Both the position numbers and the translations under genes were made by a program. The notes beneath the pieces are model-generated. The model ran no database searches and was not told where the DNA came from. It was given only the letters and a program-made list of their open reading frames with translations. Below are positions 1-9,636 of a stretch of DNA of 64,000 nucleotides, one piece after another (the first letter of the stretch is position 1; each line of letters starts with the position of its first letter). The stretch lies in the IMG/VR virus record IMGVR_UViG_2636415425_000001, positions 47,083 to 111,082 of that record; one strand, given 5' to 3'. This DNA comes from a virus (taxonomy: Duplodnaviria > Caudoviricetes).

Positions 1-549
1 GTCTTCCTGGGCGATGGTGACCTGACCACCGTCGGGGCGCGTATAGGTGTATGTCAGCGTGAAGTCGGAATTCTGCCTCACTTGCATGGCGCCGGTCAGC
101 GGGATCAGCCACTTGATCTTGCCGATGGCACCACGAACGATCAGCGCGTAGCCGTTACCGCGCATCAACACCATCATCTGCATGAGGCGCTTGAACTCGC
201 TCGGCGTCTGCCAAGGGTTCGGCTTCGTCTTCAGGACGTTCCAAATCACGGCGTCCTCGGCGTCGACCCGGTTCTTCCCGACACGCCGCTTGATGTCCAT
301 TGGCAGCGTCGCCATAGCGCCGCAGATGATGGCCGAACACCGATATGCGGTGGCAACCTTCAGCGCGCTATGCGGCGTGACCGGCGCGCCGGCCTCGCTT
401 TCATAGCCGCGGCCGCGCAGCCATTCCGACACCCGAGGGTCGTCGAGGTCGAGCATCTCCGACACCTCGACGGATGCATTGATCCGCGGCTCGCGCCGCT
501 GCTCGACTGGAACGCCGCCGCCAGATCTGAAGAAATCGAGAAATCCCAT
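1..549 (-). CDS. HK97-family portal protein (N-terminal part, runs off the window)
   Basis: Own translation from ATG 549: MGFLDFFRS...VTPHSALKVATAYRC...KPNPWQTPSEFK...MRGNGYALI, typical of HK97 portals; follows terL. Confidence 0.9.
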   Translation of the reverse strand, partial: MGFLDFFRSGGGVPVEQRREPRINASVEVSEMLDLDDPRVSEWLRGRGYESEAGAPVTPHSALKVATAYRCSAIICGAMATLPMDIKRRVGKNRVDAEDAVIWNVLKTKPNPWQTPSEFKRLMQMMVLMRGNGYALIVRGAIGKIKWLIPLTGAMQVRQNSDFTLTYTYTRPDGGQVTIAQED

Positions 550-558
550 TCAGACCCC

Positions 559-2241
559 TCAAAGGACCGTTGCCCTCGGCTTTGCGCGGCCATGAGCCTT
601 CGGGTTGGTCGCCATCAGATAGGCGGAGTTGAACATTGCGATCGCGGGATCGATCTTGGAGTCGCCGGCGGTCTGCTTCGTCGCGCGGATCGCCGTTGCC
701 GTCGGCTCGATCTTCAGGTTGCTGACGCACCAATCCATCATCGGGCTCGGAGCGTGCCGAAGCTTCCCGGAAACCAGCATGCGTTCGCAGGTCTTGATGC
801 TGTTCATCATGCCGAAGCCCTGGGGGGCGCCGATGAGCAGCTTGTTGTCGACCGTGATATCGACGTCCTTGTCCGCCAAGGCATCGACGAATTCGCCGAG
901 ACCAGCCGGGTCGACCGCGACACCGCCGAGAAGGCGCCGGTCCTTCACCAACTTGATGATGCGGACGATCTTCGAGATGTCCTGCAACGAGTCATCGACG
1001 ATGGTGAGATCGCCCTCCTTCTCAAACTGAAGCAGGCGCGGTGCGATCGACTGCCTGAGTTCGAGCACGCCGCGGTGGCACCAGGCATGAACCCAGAGCA
1101 ACCAGTCGCGGGTTTCGCGGTGCCGCCCCAGGAGGCTGAGGCCGAACAAGTCGTCGAGACCGCCGCCATCGATACCAGGGACGATGACGTCGCAAACCTT
1201 GAACAGGTACCGCAGAGTGATCCGGTCGTCGTCACGCTTCTGCCAGTGCGCGGCACCTGCCCAGCGGTTCGCCCGGAGGTTCATGCCGATCTCGACGTTG
1301 AGATGCTTGGCCAGGAAGGTCCGGAGCGCGTCCTCGCTGCCGCGCTGGGCCTTGATTAGTTCGCCGAGCAGCCATTCCGTGCTGACTGACTTGTCGAGGT
1401 TCGGGTTGGTGATCCGCCAGTTCTTCGGATCGAGATAGCCTTTCGCGGCGAGGATGGCAGCCGGGAATTCGTACAGCACGCCGAGGCTGGTCGGATCCAC
1501 GATCTTTCCGTCGCGGACGTCGCGGAAGTAATCCAGCTTCTCCTTGAACACGCCGGTCGGCGGAGCATCCGACTGGGTCGTCAGGAAGATGACGAACCCC
1601 TCGGGCCTCGAGACCAGGCCGCCGAGCGCTTCCTGGAACATCGAAGCGGCGTGAGCGCGCTTGCCGAAGATCCAGAGCTCGTCGACGAGCACGAAGGCCG
1701 CCTTCTTGCCGCCGACAACGTCGGTGTCGGCGGCGACGACCTTCAGGACCGCGTCTGTCGTCAGATGTGTGATCTGCCGATAGTTGTCCTGGACGTGCAG
1801 CAGATCCTTCAGCTTGGGGTGCAGCCTGACCATGGCCGCCGCCGGCACAAACGAGTTGTTGGCGATCTCGATCGTCGGCGCCAGGATGAGCAGTTCGGCG
1901 CCGTGCCGCCAGTTCCGCACCAGCGCGGTAACCATGATGCCGGCTGCGATCGTCGACTTGGTGTTCTTCTTGCTGATCAGCAGCAAGAACTCGCGGATCA
2001 ACCGCTTCGCCTGCCCGTGATCATAGGCGCCGAAGATCGCCCGGACGAAATCGAACACCCATGGCTCGCAGGCCTCGCCGAAGGTCGGCTGCCGCGGCAG
2101 ATCGTAGATCCGGAGCGACTTGAACACCTCGAGCGCGGCGTCCGCTTCGTCCGGGAACAGCGGCTCGAACGGCACCAGGCTCTCGCCTGCGACAATCCTC
2201 CGTTCCCAATCGATGCACGCTGTGGACCAAGCCAGCGTCAT
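559..2241 (-). CDS. terL: Terminase large subunit
   Basis: Walker A-like LISKKNTKST, Walker B VLVDELW, C-terminal nuclease (GIDGG, KIDP). Confidence 0.93.
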   Translation of the reverse strand: MTLAWSTACIDWERRIVAGESLVPFEPLFPDEADAALEVFKSLRIYDLPRQPTFGEACEPWVFDFVRAIFGAYDHGQAKRLIREFLLLISKKNTKSTIAAGIMVTALVRNWRHGAELLILAPTIEIANNSFVPAAAMVRLHPKLKDLLHVQDNYRQITHLTTDAVLKVVAADTDVVGGKKAAFVLVDELWIFGKRAHAASMFQEALGGLVSRPEGFVIFLTTQSDAPPTGVFKEKLDYFRDVRDGKIVDPTSLGVLYEFPAAILAAKGYLDPKNWRITNPNLDKSVSTEWLLGELIKAQRGSEDALRTFLAKHLNVEIGMNLRANRWAGAAHWQKRDDDRITLRYLFKVCDVIVPGIDGGGLDDLFGLSLLGRHRETRDWLLWVHAWCHRGVLELRQSIAPRLLQFEKEGDLTIVDDSLQDISKIVRIIKLVKDRRLLGGVAVDPAGLGEFVDALADKDVDITVDNKLLIGAPQGFGMMNSIKTCERMLVSGKLRHAPSPMMDWCVSNLKIEPTATAIRATKQTAGDSKIDPAIAMFNSAYLMATNPKAHGRAKPRATVL

Positions 2242-2435
2242 TGCGATCGCGACGACCTGTGGCGCCGCCGAAGCTCTTTGTGCAGGCCGGTGACGAGAGG
2301 CTCAGCGCGCCGCTGGCCGCACCGGGACAGGATGGCGACCGCTCTATCGAGCGTGCAGAACGGCAGGCGACGCATGATCCGCATGGCGACGACGCGCCGA
2401 CCGGGGCGCTCGTGATACGACTGCCGCCCGTACAC
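2238..2435 (-). CDS. Small hypothetical protein between terS and terL
   Basis: Fills the gap and overlaps the terL start by 4 nt. Confidence 0.4.
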   Translation of the reverse strand: MYGRQSYHERPGRRVVAMRIMRRLPFCTLDRAVAILSRCGQRRAEPLVTGLHKELRRRHRSSRSQ

Positions 2436-2440
2436 GCCGG

Positions 2441-2896
2441 CTACTCATTGACCGCGGTGTTGTCGATCACCAGGCCGATCTTTGGCGGCTCAGGCGGCTG
2501 AAACGCTCCCGACGCCGCAACTCGTTCTGCCGCGGCCTTGCGCTCGGCCTTCTTGCCGACCTTCTCCGGCGCAGGTGGTGCAGCCGGCACTTCGCCGCCC
2601 GCCCTGCCCAGATCCGCGATCGCCTGCGCGGCCGCCGACACCCGAGTCATCTCCTCGAGCTTCTTGATGCAGGTGGCGTTGCCCTTCTTCGCCTGCTTGA
2701 ACAGGAGCCCGACCACCTCGGCCCGCTTCTTGGCCACGCCGGTCGCGATCTCGTCAGGGAAGGACTTTGCCAACGTCGGCGTCGAGATCCCGAGCACCCG
2801 AGCGCATTCGTCCTGGGACATTCCGCACGCGATCCACTCTTCGACCTTCGTGCGCTGCGCTTTCGTCGGTTTGAACGCCGGCCGACCTCGGGCCAT
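2441..2896 (-). CDS. terS: Terminase small subunit
   Basis: MARGRPAFKPT...N-terminal HTH (GMSQDECARVLGISTPTL); upstream of terL. Confidence 0.8.
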   Translation of the reverse strand: MARGRPAFKPTKAQRTKVEEWIACGMSQDECARVLGISTPTLAKSFPDEIATGVAKKRAEVVGLLFKQAKKGNATCIKKLEEMTRVSAAAQAIADLGRAGGEVPAAPPAPEKVGKKAERKAAAERVAASGAFQPPEPPKIGLVIDNTAVNE

Positions 2897-2949
2897 GCCG
2901 AAACTCCAATTTCTTTGCCGTTCTTGGCGTTCCGGACAAATTTTCCGGC

Positions 2950-3032
2950 CAGCCAAAAAAAATTGCGCGAATGAGCCCCCGTGCGGTCCGTGCCCCCGCC
3001 GGTTCCCAGACTTTCCGACCCCATACCCCTTG
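2950..3032 (-). other. Probable cos/packaging-initiation region
   Basis: Minus strand GGGGTATGGGGTCGGAAAGTCTGG...GGACCG...CTCATTCGCGCAATTTTTTTT just upstream of terS, resembling the G-rich/T-run tracts near cos in HNH-type cos phages. Confidence 0.55.
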
Positions 3033-3274
3033 GCCGAGCATGGCCGGCCGGCTTGCGGCGGGTTGGCGTGTCGTTAGCGCTGGCGTGCGATAGGCCGAGG
3101 CGCGTAGCCTGGCCGATTAGTGTCAACCCTGCAGGCTACATGCTGGCGCCGCTGGCGCCGCGCCGCGCGCGCGGTAGCCTTCCGCGCTTCTGTCTCGAAT
3201 AGCTGGCGCTAGTGGCGTTGCGCGGTTGACGTCGCGGCCTTGCATCGATCCGCCGAGGCCGAGGCCAGAAATGC

Positions 3275-3304
3275 AAAACCCGCCGAGGCTTCCCGCGGCG
3301 GGTT
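3275..3304 (-). terminator. Rho-independent terminator-like hairpin
   Basis: AACCCGCCG/CGGCGGGTT stem with a T-run on the minus strand. Confidence 0.5.
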
Positions 3305-3477
3305 GGCTGCAGTGACACTGCGCCGAATGCCTGTTCTGAATCATAACTGGAGTCGGACTGTCAAACCCGGTTCCGCTACTCGGCGGTGCATGACGGCGCC
3401 GCGCGGCCTCGGCCTCTCCCTCTTCTGTGATAGCTATTGCTTACGGACTGTTGAAACTCACGGAATAGGGAAACCCA

Positions 3478-3789
3478 ATGACTGCAGCAAAGGCGGATAA
3501 GACGGCGCCGAGGCAAGCCGGCAAAGGCCGCGCCTATGCCTCGGCCGGCGCCGCAATGCGAATCAGCGCGGCCGAATTCATGGCTTGGCAGGAAGAGCTA
3601 CGCCTATCCAATGGCGCCGCAGCTGCAGCGCTATTCATCTCGCCCAATACCGTTACAGCGGTGCGCGCGGAAGGCGGTAGCGCTGAACTGGCGCTGAAGT
3701 GTCGCGCCATCGCCGCCGGCCTTTCGCCAGCGCTACCCATGCAAGAGGCCTTTCGCCTCGGCCGAATTGCCGCGATCCTGCAGGAATAG
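3478..3789 (+). CDS. Small HTH (XRE-like) DNA-binding protein
   Basis: AEFMAWQEELRLSNGAAAAALFISPNTVT helix-turn-helix pattern. Confidence 0.6.
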   Translation: MTAAKADKTAPRQAGKGRAYASAGAAMRISAAEFMAWQEELRLSNGAAAAALFISPNTVTAVRAEGGSAELALKCRAIAAGLSPALPMQEAFRLGRIAAILQE

Positions 3790-3863
3790 AGCCGCAATTC
3801 CCTCTAGTGTGAGTCCGGCCGGGCTAAAGGCTATCTTTTTTCACAGAACAGCGAATTAGGGGA

Positions 3864-3892
3864 TTGACACGCGCCGCGCTTTATAGGCATGT
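3864..3892 (+). promoter_or_regulatory. Putative sigma70 promoter of the small-gene array
   Basis: TTGACA at 3864-3869 upstream of the first motif-A copy; -10 is degenerate. Confidence 0.45.
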
Positions 3893-3936
3893 GCGGTTTG
3901 TGAGGCGCGATTGTGCGCAAATCTAAAGGCCGCGAA

Positions 3937-4110
3937 ATGAACGCTTTCATTTCCTCTTGCATCGCAAATCCGGCTTTGGCCGGTTTCCTCTTTGCTGCGA
4001 TCTATTCCCTTTGCTGGGCTGGCCTAGCTCCCTTCCTGTATGCGCCGGCAAAGCCTCGGCGCCTCATGATCCGGCGCCGCGCGCGCCGTTCCAGTTCGCC
4101 GCGCCGCTAA
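3937..4110 (+). CDS. Small membrane protein
   Basis: Follows motif A; one hydrophobic segment then an Arg-rich tail. Confidence 0.6.
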   Translation: MNAFISSCIANPALAGFLFAAIYSLCWAGLAPFLYAPAKPRRLMIRRRARRSSSPRR

Positions 4111-4161
4111 CCCGGCAAGGCTCAACCCGCGCAATCGTGCGCAAATCGAAAAGGTAAGACA

Positions 4162-4347
4162 GTGACAAACTCAACCGTGAAAAGCCTCTTGCACCATGCG
4201 GCCGCGGCGATCCGGGTTGGAAACCTCACACTCGCATTGCGGCTTGTGTCCAATGCCGAATGCCTGGCCTCGGCGGACGAAACCATTTCCGCGGTGCGCC
4301 TCGGCCATATTCGCACCGCGCGGCTTGCGCTCGCAATCGCGAACTGA
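4162..4347 (+). CDS. Hypothetical protein
   Basis: GTG start after motif A/RBS. Confidence 0.65.
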   Translation: MTNSTVKSLLHHAAAAIRVGNLTLALRLVSNAECLASADETISAVRLGHIRTARLALAIAN

Positions 4348-4360
4348 GGAGCGCGCGACA

Positions 4361-4573
4361 ATGGCAACCGCCACAATCAAAAAGCGCGATCATGTCACCT
4401 ATGTTTGCAGCGCTGGTGTCACCGTTACCGCCATCGTTCGCACCGCGCACCGCGACGGTACCGCTACGGTTGAGGCCCGGCATATGCTGGACTCGGCCGG
4501 CAATATCCGCGGTTGCTATCTCGGTTACCGCTACCGTTTCGACGCCAGCGATCTAACCCGGGTTGAGGCATAA
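4361..4573 (+). CDS. Hypothetical small beta-rich (SH3-like?) protein
   Basis: GAGGAG RBS; MATATIKKRDHVTYV... Confidence 0.65.
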   Translation: MATATIKKRDHVTYVCSAGVTVTAIVRTAHRDGTATVEARHMLDSAGNIRGCYLGYRYRFDASDLTRVEA

Positions 4574-4578
4574 CGCAC

Positions 4579-4818
4579 ATGGCAAAGCCTGATGATTTGA
4601 CCGTGTACGCCTCGGCCGGATATGCCGCGCCGGATTCCACAAATCCGCACCTCTGGAGTAGCGCAACACACATTGCCTATTGCCTCGGCCAATGGTTTCA
4701 CGCAACCGGCCGGCCGGCGCCGCGCGCGGTCCGCATGTCCCGCGGCCTTTCGATCCGCGCAAACGATATGCTGATACGCTGGGATGCTAAAACCGGCGCA
4801 TGCGAGCGTATCAACTAA
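4579..4818 (+). CDS. Hypothetical protein
   Basis: GAGG RBS, tight packing. Confidence 0.65.
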   Translation: MAKPDDLTVYASAGYAAPDSTNPHLWSSATHIAYCLGQWFHATGRPAPRAVRMSRGLSIRANDMLIRWDAKTGACERIN

Positions 4819-4909
4819 CGCGATTTGCAGCCTATGCCGTGCACGTCACGGCATAACCGGCAAACCGCCGAAACCGCGCAATTGTGCGCAAACTGAAAAG
4901 GAAACCGCT

Positions 4910-5014
4910 ATGAAGTATCGCAAGCATGACTCCGACCGCCGGCCGATGGACAAGCGGACTCGGCGCGCCGCGGTGCGCAACGGAAAGCGCTCGTTTCTGA
5001 ATTCGTGCCTCTGA
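4910..5014 (+). CDS. 34-aa basic peptide
   Basis: Motif A + AAGGA RBS; MKYRKHDSDRRPMDKRTRRAAVRNGKRSFLNSCL. Confidence 0.55.
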   Translation: MKYRKHDSDRRPMDKRTRRAAVRNGKRSFLNSCL

Positions 5015-5025
5015 GGGATACGCCA

Positions 5026-5481
5026 ATGCGATGGACGTTTGACCAATGGTTGACGGCATGCGGCGCGGAAATGTCGCTCCAGTTTAATTGGACGCTGGAG
5101 CATTCCGGGTTGCGCGGTTTCGATTGGAGCGCGGCCTATGGCCGAGGCCTCACGGTCCGCGCGGCTTGTGACGCGGCTTACGATCATGTGCAGGAAACTG
5201 CACTAGACGGCGCCGTCTATTTCAATTGCTGCACTGGCAACACGGCGCCGGATTGGTCCGCCTTCCGTTCGCTCGAAATTGGCGGATGCAAAATGGTGAG
5301 CAATTCCGCTGGCGAAAGCTACGTGCACGGGAATCAGGCGCCGGACGATTCCGCTTTTTGGACTGTCTACGCTCGCGAGCATGACGGTTGCGCGCTGGCG
5401 ATTACCGATTGCGGAATCCTCACGGAAACCCACGCGATAGCGGAAACGCTTTCCCGGCTTTCCGGCCTTCCCCTGATTTGA
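5026..5481 (+). CDS. Hypothetical protein
   Basis: GAGGG RBS; Trp/Cys-rich globular sequence. Confidence 0.7.
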   Translation: MRWTFDQWLTACGAEMSLQFNWTLEHSGLRGFDWSAAYGRGLTVRAACDAAYDHVQETALDGAVYFNCCTGNTAPDWSAFRSLEIGGCKMVSNSAGESYVHGNQAPDDSAFWTVYAREHDGCALAITDCGILTETHAIAETLSRLSGLPLI

Positions 5482-5573
5482 CGTTGCGACACTGCGCAGC
5501 ATGTCTGCGCAGCACGGAACGCCAAAGCGGACCAACGCGCGATTGTGCGCAAACTTGAAAAGGACAACGGCCA

Positions 5574-5816
5574 ATGCCTTGGAAACTGGAACTGCAGGAA
5601 ACCCGGCGCGGTTGCCAAATGCTGGAAACGACACCGCGCTATGACGTTCTCTTGAACGGCGCGCGAACCGGCCAGCTGTATTTCAACACGCGCGGTTATG
5701 TCGGATATCTGCCGACGCCGGCCGGCGGAAAGATCGATATCGGAGAGAAGGGAATCACGGCGTTTCGTCGCGAGGTTTCCGCGCTCAACCGGGAAGCTAG
5801 GAACCTGGCCGGCTAA
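5574..5816 (+). CDS. Hypothetical protein
   Basis: Motif A + RBS. Confidence 0.75.
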   Translation: MPWKLELQETRRGCQMLETTPRYDVLLNGARTGQLYFNTRGYVGYLPTPAGGKIDIGEKGITAFRREVSALNREARNLAG

Positions 5817-5854
5817 CCCGCGCGATTGTGCGCAAATTGAAAGGACAGACTACA

Positions 5855-6046
5855 ATGGCACGATATGGCGGCGATCCGCGATGGATCATTACCAAATATC
5901 CGACCAATGACCGCAACGGCCGTTTCATCCCGGTAGGAACGCGCGCGTTCTACTATCCCGCTTCCAAACGCATGTTGACCGGCGCCGAGGCGGAACAGGC
6001 AAGCCGTGACTTTGAGGCCGCGCGCTTTGACGAAAGCATGGGGTAA
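5855..6046 (+). CDS. Hypothetical protein
   Basis: Motif A + RBS; MARYGGDPRWIITKY. Confidence 0.75.
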   Translation: MARYGGDPRWIITKYPTNDRNGRFIPVGTRAFYYPASKRMLTGAEAEQASRDFEAARFDESMG

Positions 6047-6051
6047 CGGAA

Positions 6052-6351
6052 ATGGATTTTGCAGCATTCCAAGCCGCCGCGGCCGAGCTGGATAACCGGA
6101 TGACAACGGCCGGCGCGCGCCTCGGCGCCGTGACAGAAAGCCTTGCGGCCGAGATGGGGATTCCGGCGCGCGGTCCGATGGGATTGACGCCCGATCGAAT
6201 TAAGTTCGATCCGCGATACCGGCTTGCGAAGGCCGCGGCCGATATCGCCTTTTCGGAACTGCGCGCATTCAATGCCCGGTATGCCCGGCGGTTCAAGAAA
6301 GAGATACGCGCCGCGATTGACGCGCGGCGCCGTGCCAAGGCAACGGCCTGA
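6052..6351 (+). CDS. Hypothetical helical protein
   Basis: Tight packing; RGPMGLTPDRIK. Confidence 0.7.
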   Translation: MDFAAFQAAAAELDNRMTTAGARLGAVTESLAAEMGIPARGPMGLTPDRIKFDPRYRLAKAAADIAFSELRAFNARYARRFKKEIRAAIDARRRAKATA

Positions 6352-6415
6352 CCTGGCCTCGGCCTTCCCTCAATTCTCGGCGCGATTGTGCGCAAATCAG
6401 AAAGGACAATGGACC

Positions 6416-7507
6416 ATGCAACAGGTTGATTTGATCGCGGCAAAGGCTGCAAAGGCAACGGAACGGCGCGCGCTCGCAATCGTCGCGTATGACAACGCAA
6501 CAGCGAATCCCGATTGCGCGAACTGGCGCGCGGTTGCCGATTTGCTTAGGCTCGCATTGCCGGCGCCGAAAGCCGGATCCGCCGCGGCCAAGATCCCGGA
6601 CGGCGCGGCCGATCATTGGGCGGACTATGTGATTCCGGCAAGCGCGACCAAACGTCTAGGCAAATCGCCTATTATCGTTGTCACGTTCTCTTGCGGCGCC
6701 GTGGTACGCGCGCCGGCAGTTTCCCTTCCCGGCAAGCCGGTCAATATCGGCCGCGGCTTGCGTGTTGCCTTTGCCTTCTACCGGGCACGGATCGCACGGG
6801 AATTCGGCAAGGCCTCGGCCATTGGTTCCGATTGTGTCGCGGTTCCGGCCATCGTTTCCGTTGCCTGTGACGTTGCCGGCGCCGAGTATTCCGCCGAGGA
6901 ATGCAACGCGCGAACGGCCGAATTCCGCCGCGGCCGTTTCGATCATATCGCGCTTTCGGCCGAGGCCTCGGCCTTGCCGGAAACCGCCGAGGCCGGCGAG
7001 TTGACGCGCGCCGACTTCTACCGCGGCCATTACCTCATTGCCTCGGCCGAGGCCGAGATTTTGGCCGGCGCCAATGAGGATCACGCGGCCGAGCTCGGCG
7101 CGCAGATTGCCGACTATCGGTCGCGTCTCGGCGGTATGGCCTGGCTGGAGATTGAAGCGCGGCGCCGCGCCATCATTCGCGCGGCCGAGGCCGAGGCGAA
7201 AGCCGCGGCAAAGGCCGAGGCCGAGGCCGGCCGGCGCGCCGAGCAAGAGGCCGAGGCCCGCGCAGCTGCAGCCGAGGCCGAGGCGTCGCGGTTGCGGCTT
7301 GTCGCGGACAATTCCGCCAGCGTCGAAACCGCGTCGGCTTCCCTCCCGGATACGGCCGATTCCCTCCCGGTTGCGCCCGCGCCCAAATCGATCGCGCCTA
7401 TCCCGGTTGCGCCTTCCCGCGCCGCGCGCTTCCTGGCCTCGTCATCGCTCGGCGCGCCTCGGCCTTCCCTCCCGGTTGCGCCTTTCTGCGCGATCCGCGC
7501 CAGCTAG
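6416..7507 (+). CDS. Hypothetical protein with Ala/Glu coiled coil and a repeat-derived C-terminal tail
   Basis: Motif A + RBS; the PDTAD/PVAP tail is encoded by motif-B DNA. Confidence 0.7.
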   Translation: MQQVDLIAAKAAKATERRALAIVAYDNATANPDCANWRAVADLLRLALPAPKAGSAAAKIPDGAADHWADYVIPASATKRLGKSPIIVVTFSCGAVVRAPAVSLPGKPVNIGRGLRVAFAFYRARIAREFGKASAIGSDCVAVPAIVSVACDVAGAEYSAEECNARTAEFRRGRFDHIALSAEASALPETAEAGELTRADFYRGHYLIASAEAEILAGANEDHAAELGAQIADYRSRLGGMAWLEIEARRRAIIRAAEAEAKAAAKAEAEAGRRAEQEAEARAAAAEAEASRLRLVADNSASVETASASLPDTADSLPVAPAPKSIAPIPVAPSRAARFLASSSLGAPRPSLPVAPFCAIRAS

Positions 7508-7522
7508 TCGGAGTCGCCAGCA

Positions 7523-7720
7523 ATGCGAGCCTATGGATTCGATATCTTGCCCGATGGCGCAAAGTTTCGCCTGATTGATCGCTGCGAATTCAACAATTGG
7601 GGCGAGCTATCGCCGCGGTTTGATACTCCAGCCGAGGCCGAGGAATACGCGCGCCGCTGCGACGAATTCAAGCGCGGCAAGCGTTCAAGCGTCGAATTGC
7701 GCGCTTGGGAACTGCACTAG
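7523..7720 (+). CDS. Hypothetical protein
   Basis: GGAG RBS; RFDTPAEAEEYA. Confidence 0.65.
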   Translation: MRAYGFDILPDGAKFRLIDRCEFNNWGELSPRFDTPAEAEEYARRCDEFKRGKRSSVELRAWELH

Positions 7721-7790
7721 GCCGCGGCGCGCCTCGGCCTCACGGAATGCAACACGCGCGATTGTGCGCAAACGGAAAGGAAAACAGACC

Positions 7791-8204
7791 ATGCGGAAGC
7801 CGAATCCCAACAAAGAGAAGGCCGCGCAGCTGGCGCGCCAGATTGCCAACATGACGGAAGAGCAGAAGGCGATTTGGCTGCAGCGCGCGCCGATCCTCAC
7901 CGCGGACGCGCGGCCGATATCCGGGAAAAATCACATGCTGGCGGCGATGCAATGCGAAGGCGCAACCATGCTCGGCGGCTTCAATCAATGGCTTTCCGCC
8001 GGTCGCGTGGTGCGCAAAGGCGAGTCCGCAATCTACATTTTCGCGCCGTCCGGCCGGCGCGCGACGGCCGAGACCTCGGCGGCGCCGAGCGCGGAAGGCG
8101 CCGCGGCCGAGGCCGTGGCGGAGTCCGTGCGGTTTATCCTGGTCCCGGTTTTCGACGTCTCGCAAACCGAGGAAAAGCCGGCCGAGCAAGCCGCCGCGGC
8201 CTAG
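7791..8204 (+). CDS. ArdC N-terminal-like ssDNA-binding domain protein (DUF1738-like)
   Basis: SGKNHML...GGFNQWLSAGRVVRKGESAIYIFAP...PVFDVSQTE; lacks the ArdC metallopeptidase domain. Confidence 0.8.
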   Translation: MRKPNPNKEKAAQLARQIANMTEEQKAIWLQRAPILTADARPISGKNHMLAAMQCEGATMLGGFNQWLSAGRVVRKGESAIYIFAPSGRRATAETSAAPSAEGAAAEAVAESVRFILVPVFDVSQTEEKPAEQAAAA

Positions 8205-8289
8205 TCCCGGGTACGGCCGATTTCCCCAATCCCTCGGCTACGGCCGATTTTCTCGGCGCAATTGTGCGCAAACCAAAGGAGCTAACGAC

Positions 8290-8559
8290 ATGCCGAAATT
8301 GATTCTCGATTGCCACCCCGCAACCGTCCAGGGCGATTGCATCTTGACGTCCATCATGCAAGCCGGCCCCGTGGCGCGCCTCGTTGTCGATATCGCGCGC
8401 GCCGCGGACGCCGAAAGGGAATTCGCGGATTACTGCAAGAGCATTGAGGCAACCGGCAAGCCGGCGAGCGTTTCAATGCGGATCGCCCGCGCCGATCGCT
8501 CCCCGCCTGGCTTCAAGAAACTGAAGGGCGCGGCCGGCTTTCACAGTGTCAATTGCTGA
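8290..8559 (+). CDS. Hypothetical protein
   Basis: Motifs B+A and AAGGAG RBS. Confidence 0.7.
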   Translation: MPKLILDCHPATVQGDCILTSIMQAGPVARLVVDIARAADAEREFADYCKSIEATGKPASVSMRIARADRSPPGFKKLKGAAGFHSVNC

Positions 8560-8569
8560 GGGCGCCGAA

Positions 8570-8764
8570 ATGACTTTCCGCGCCTATGACTTTCCTGCGG
8601 CCGTCATCCGGATTTATGCGGATGGCAGCTGCAGGGAGTTTCCGAAATGGTGCCTAATGATAAGCGTCGAACGCTCGCGCGCCTATGTCGCCAGTGCACT
8701 GCGCGAGTTGCGCAGCTATCGGCGGCGCCTCGCCGCTGAACCGCTTCGCCCCGCCGCCGCCTGA
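8570..8764 (+). CDS. Hypothetical protein
   Basis: GAGGG RBS. Confidence 0.55.
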   Translation: MTFRAYDFPAAVIRIYADGSCREFPKWCLMISVERSRAYVASALRELRSYRRRLAAEPLRPAAA

Positions 8765-8792
8765 TTTCCCATCACAGAACAAAGGAACCGTT

Positions 8793-9200
8793 ATGCATCT
8801 CACCTTGCCCCGCTCGCCGCTCGCCGCGCTCGTTAACGAGGCCTCAAAGTATCGATGGCGCATCCGCTACGCGCTGCAGCGCTACGGCGTAGCCTGGCGC
8901 TACGCTCGCCAGCGCTCAACCCGCGATGACGGATTGACGCTGCTTTTCGACGCCGAGCATATCGCCGGGATTTACGGCCTCGCCTGCTTGTCCGAGGAAT
9001 CCGTTTTGGATCGCGCGCGCGACCTATACGGCGACATTCCCGGTCTTGAGCGATGGGCGGCGGACGCTTGCGCGCGCGTCAACTCGAAACATGGCGGCGG
9101 CGATGGCGAAATGATCGGCGCGGCGGAAGATTGGGCGCTTGAACTGATGGCCGAATACGCCGCGCACGATGGCGTGACGCTGGCAGAACTCGCCGAGTAA
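8793..9200 (+). CDS. Hypothetical protein
   Basis: AAAGGA RBS. Confidence 0.7.
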   Translation: MHLTLPRSPLAALVNEASKYRWRIRYALQRYGVAWRYARQRSTRDDGLTLLFDAEHIAGIYGLACLSEESVLDRARDLYGDIPGLERWAADACARVNSKHGGGDGEMIGAAEDWALELMAEYAAHDGVTLAELAE

Positions 9201-9337
9201 CCCCCGGCGCCGGCTGATTCCCCAGCCGGCGCGACACCTCCCGACTACGGCCGATTTTGCGCGGTGGATGACGCGCGGACCTGGCCGCAGCCGCTCAACC
9301 ATCCGCGCAATAGTGCGCAAAGCGAAAGGACGCTCCC

Positions 9338-9571
9338 ATGAGAACGATTAAGCCCGCGACACGCGACAATGCAATCCAACTCAACAACGCAATAGCGCTG
9401 ATGAAGAAGGCCCGCGGCTGGTTGCGCGGCGCCGATAGCCCGAAAGCGTTGGAAGCGCTGCAAGCGGCGCTGAAGAGCGCCGAGGGCGCAAAGCGACACA
9501 TGCAGCACAGACTCAACCGGGCCAATCCGCCTGGCCTTCGCGCGCCCGGCGTCGATCACATGCCGGGATAG
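9338..9571 (+). CDS. Hypothetical helical protein
   Basis: Motif A + RBS. Confidence 0.7.
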   Translation: MRTIKPATRDNAIQLNNAIALMKKARGWLRGADSPKALEALQAALKSAEGAKRHMQHRLNRANPPGLRAPGVDHMPG

Positions 9572-9636
9572 CCTCCGGGCTACGGCTGATTTTCCACCCC
9601 TCGCATACGGCTAATTTTCACAAGGAGATCACCATC

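Larger units (their letters stand above)
3094..8113. repeat. Dispersed GCCGAGGC/GCCTCGGC octamer (motif C), about 34 copies
   Basis: Counted by eye, e.g. 3094, 3252, 3258, 3282, 3406, 3507, 3538, 3755, 4053, 4267, 4298, 4609, 4682, 5141, 5984, 6119, 6356, 6812, 6959, 6965, 7040, 7456, 7631, 7731, 8106. Confidence 0.8.

Noticed and set aside
82-1359. 425-aa plus-strand ORF
   Set aside because: Antisense shadow of portal/terL in high-GC DNA
8233-8250. Motif B as a cUACGg tetraloop hairpin (TCGGC-TACG-GCCGA)
   Set aside because: Pairs well in only some copies (8233, 13844, 15141); the CCCGGCTACGATCG and CCCGACTACG variants break the stem, so it is not the general explanation
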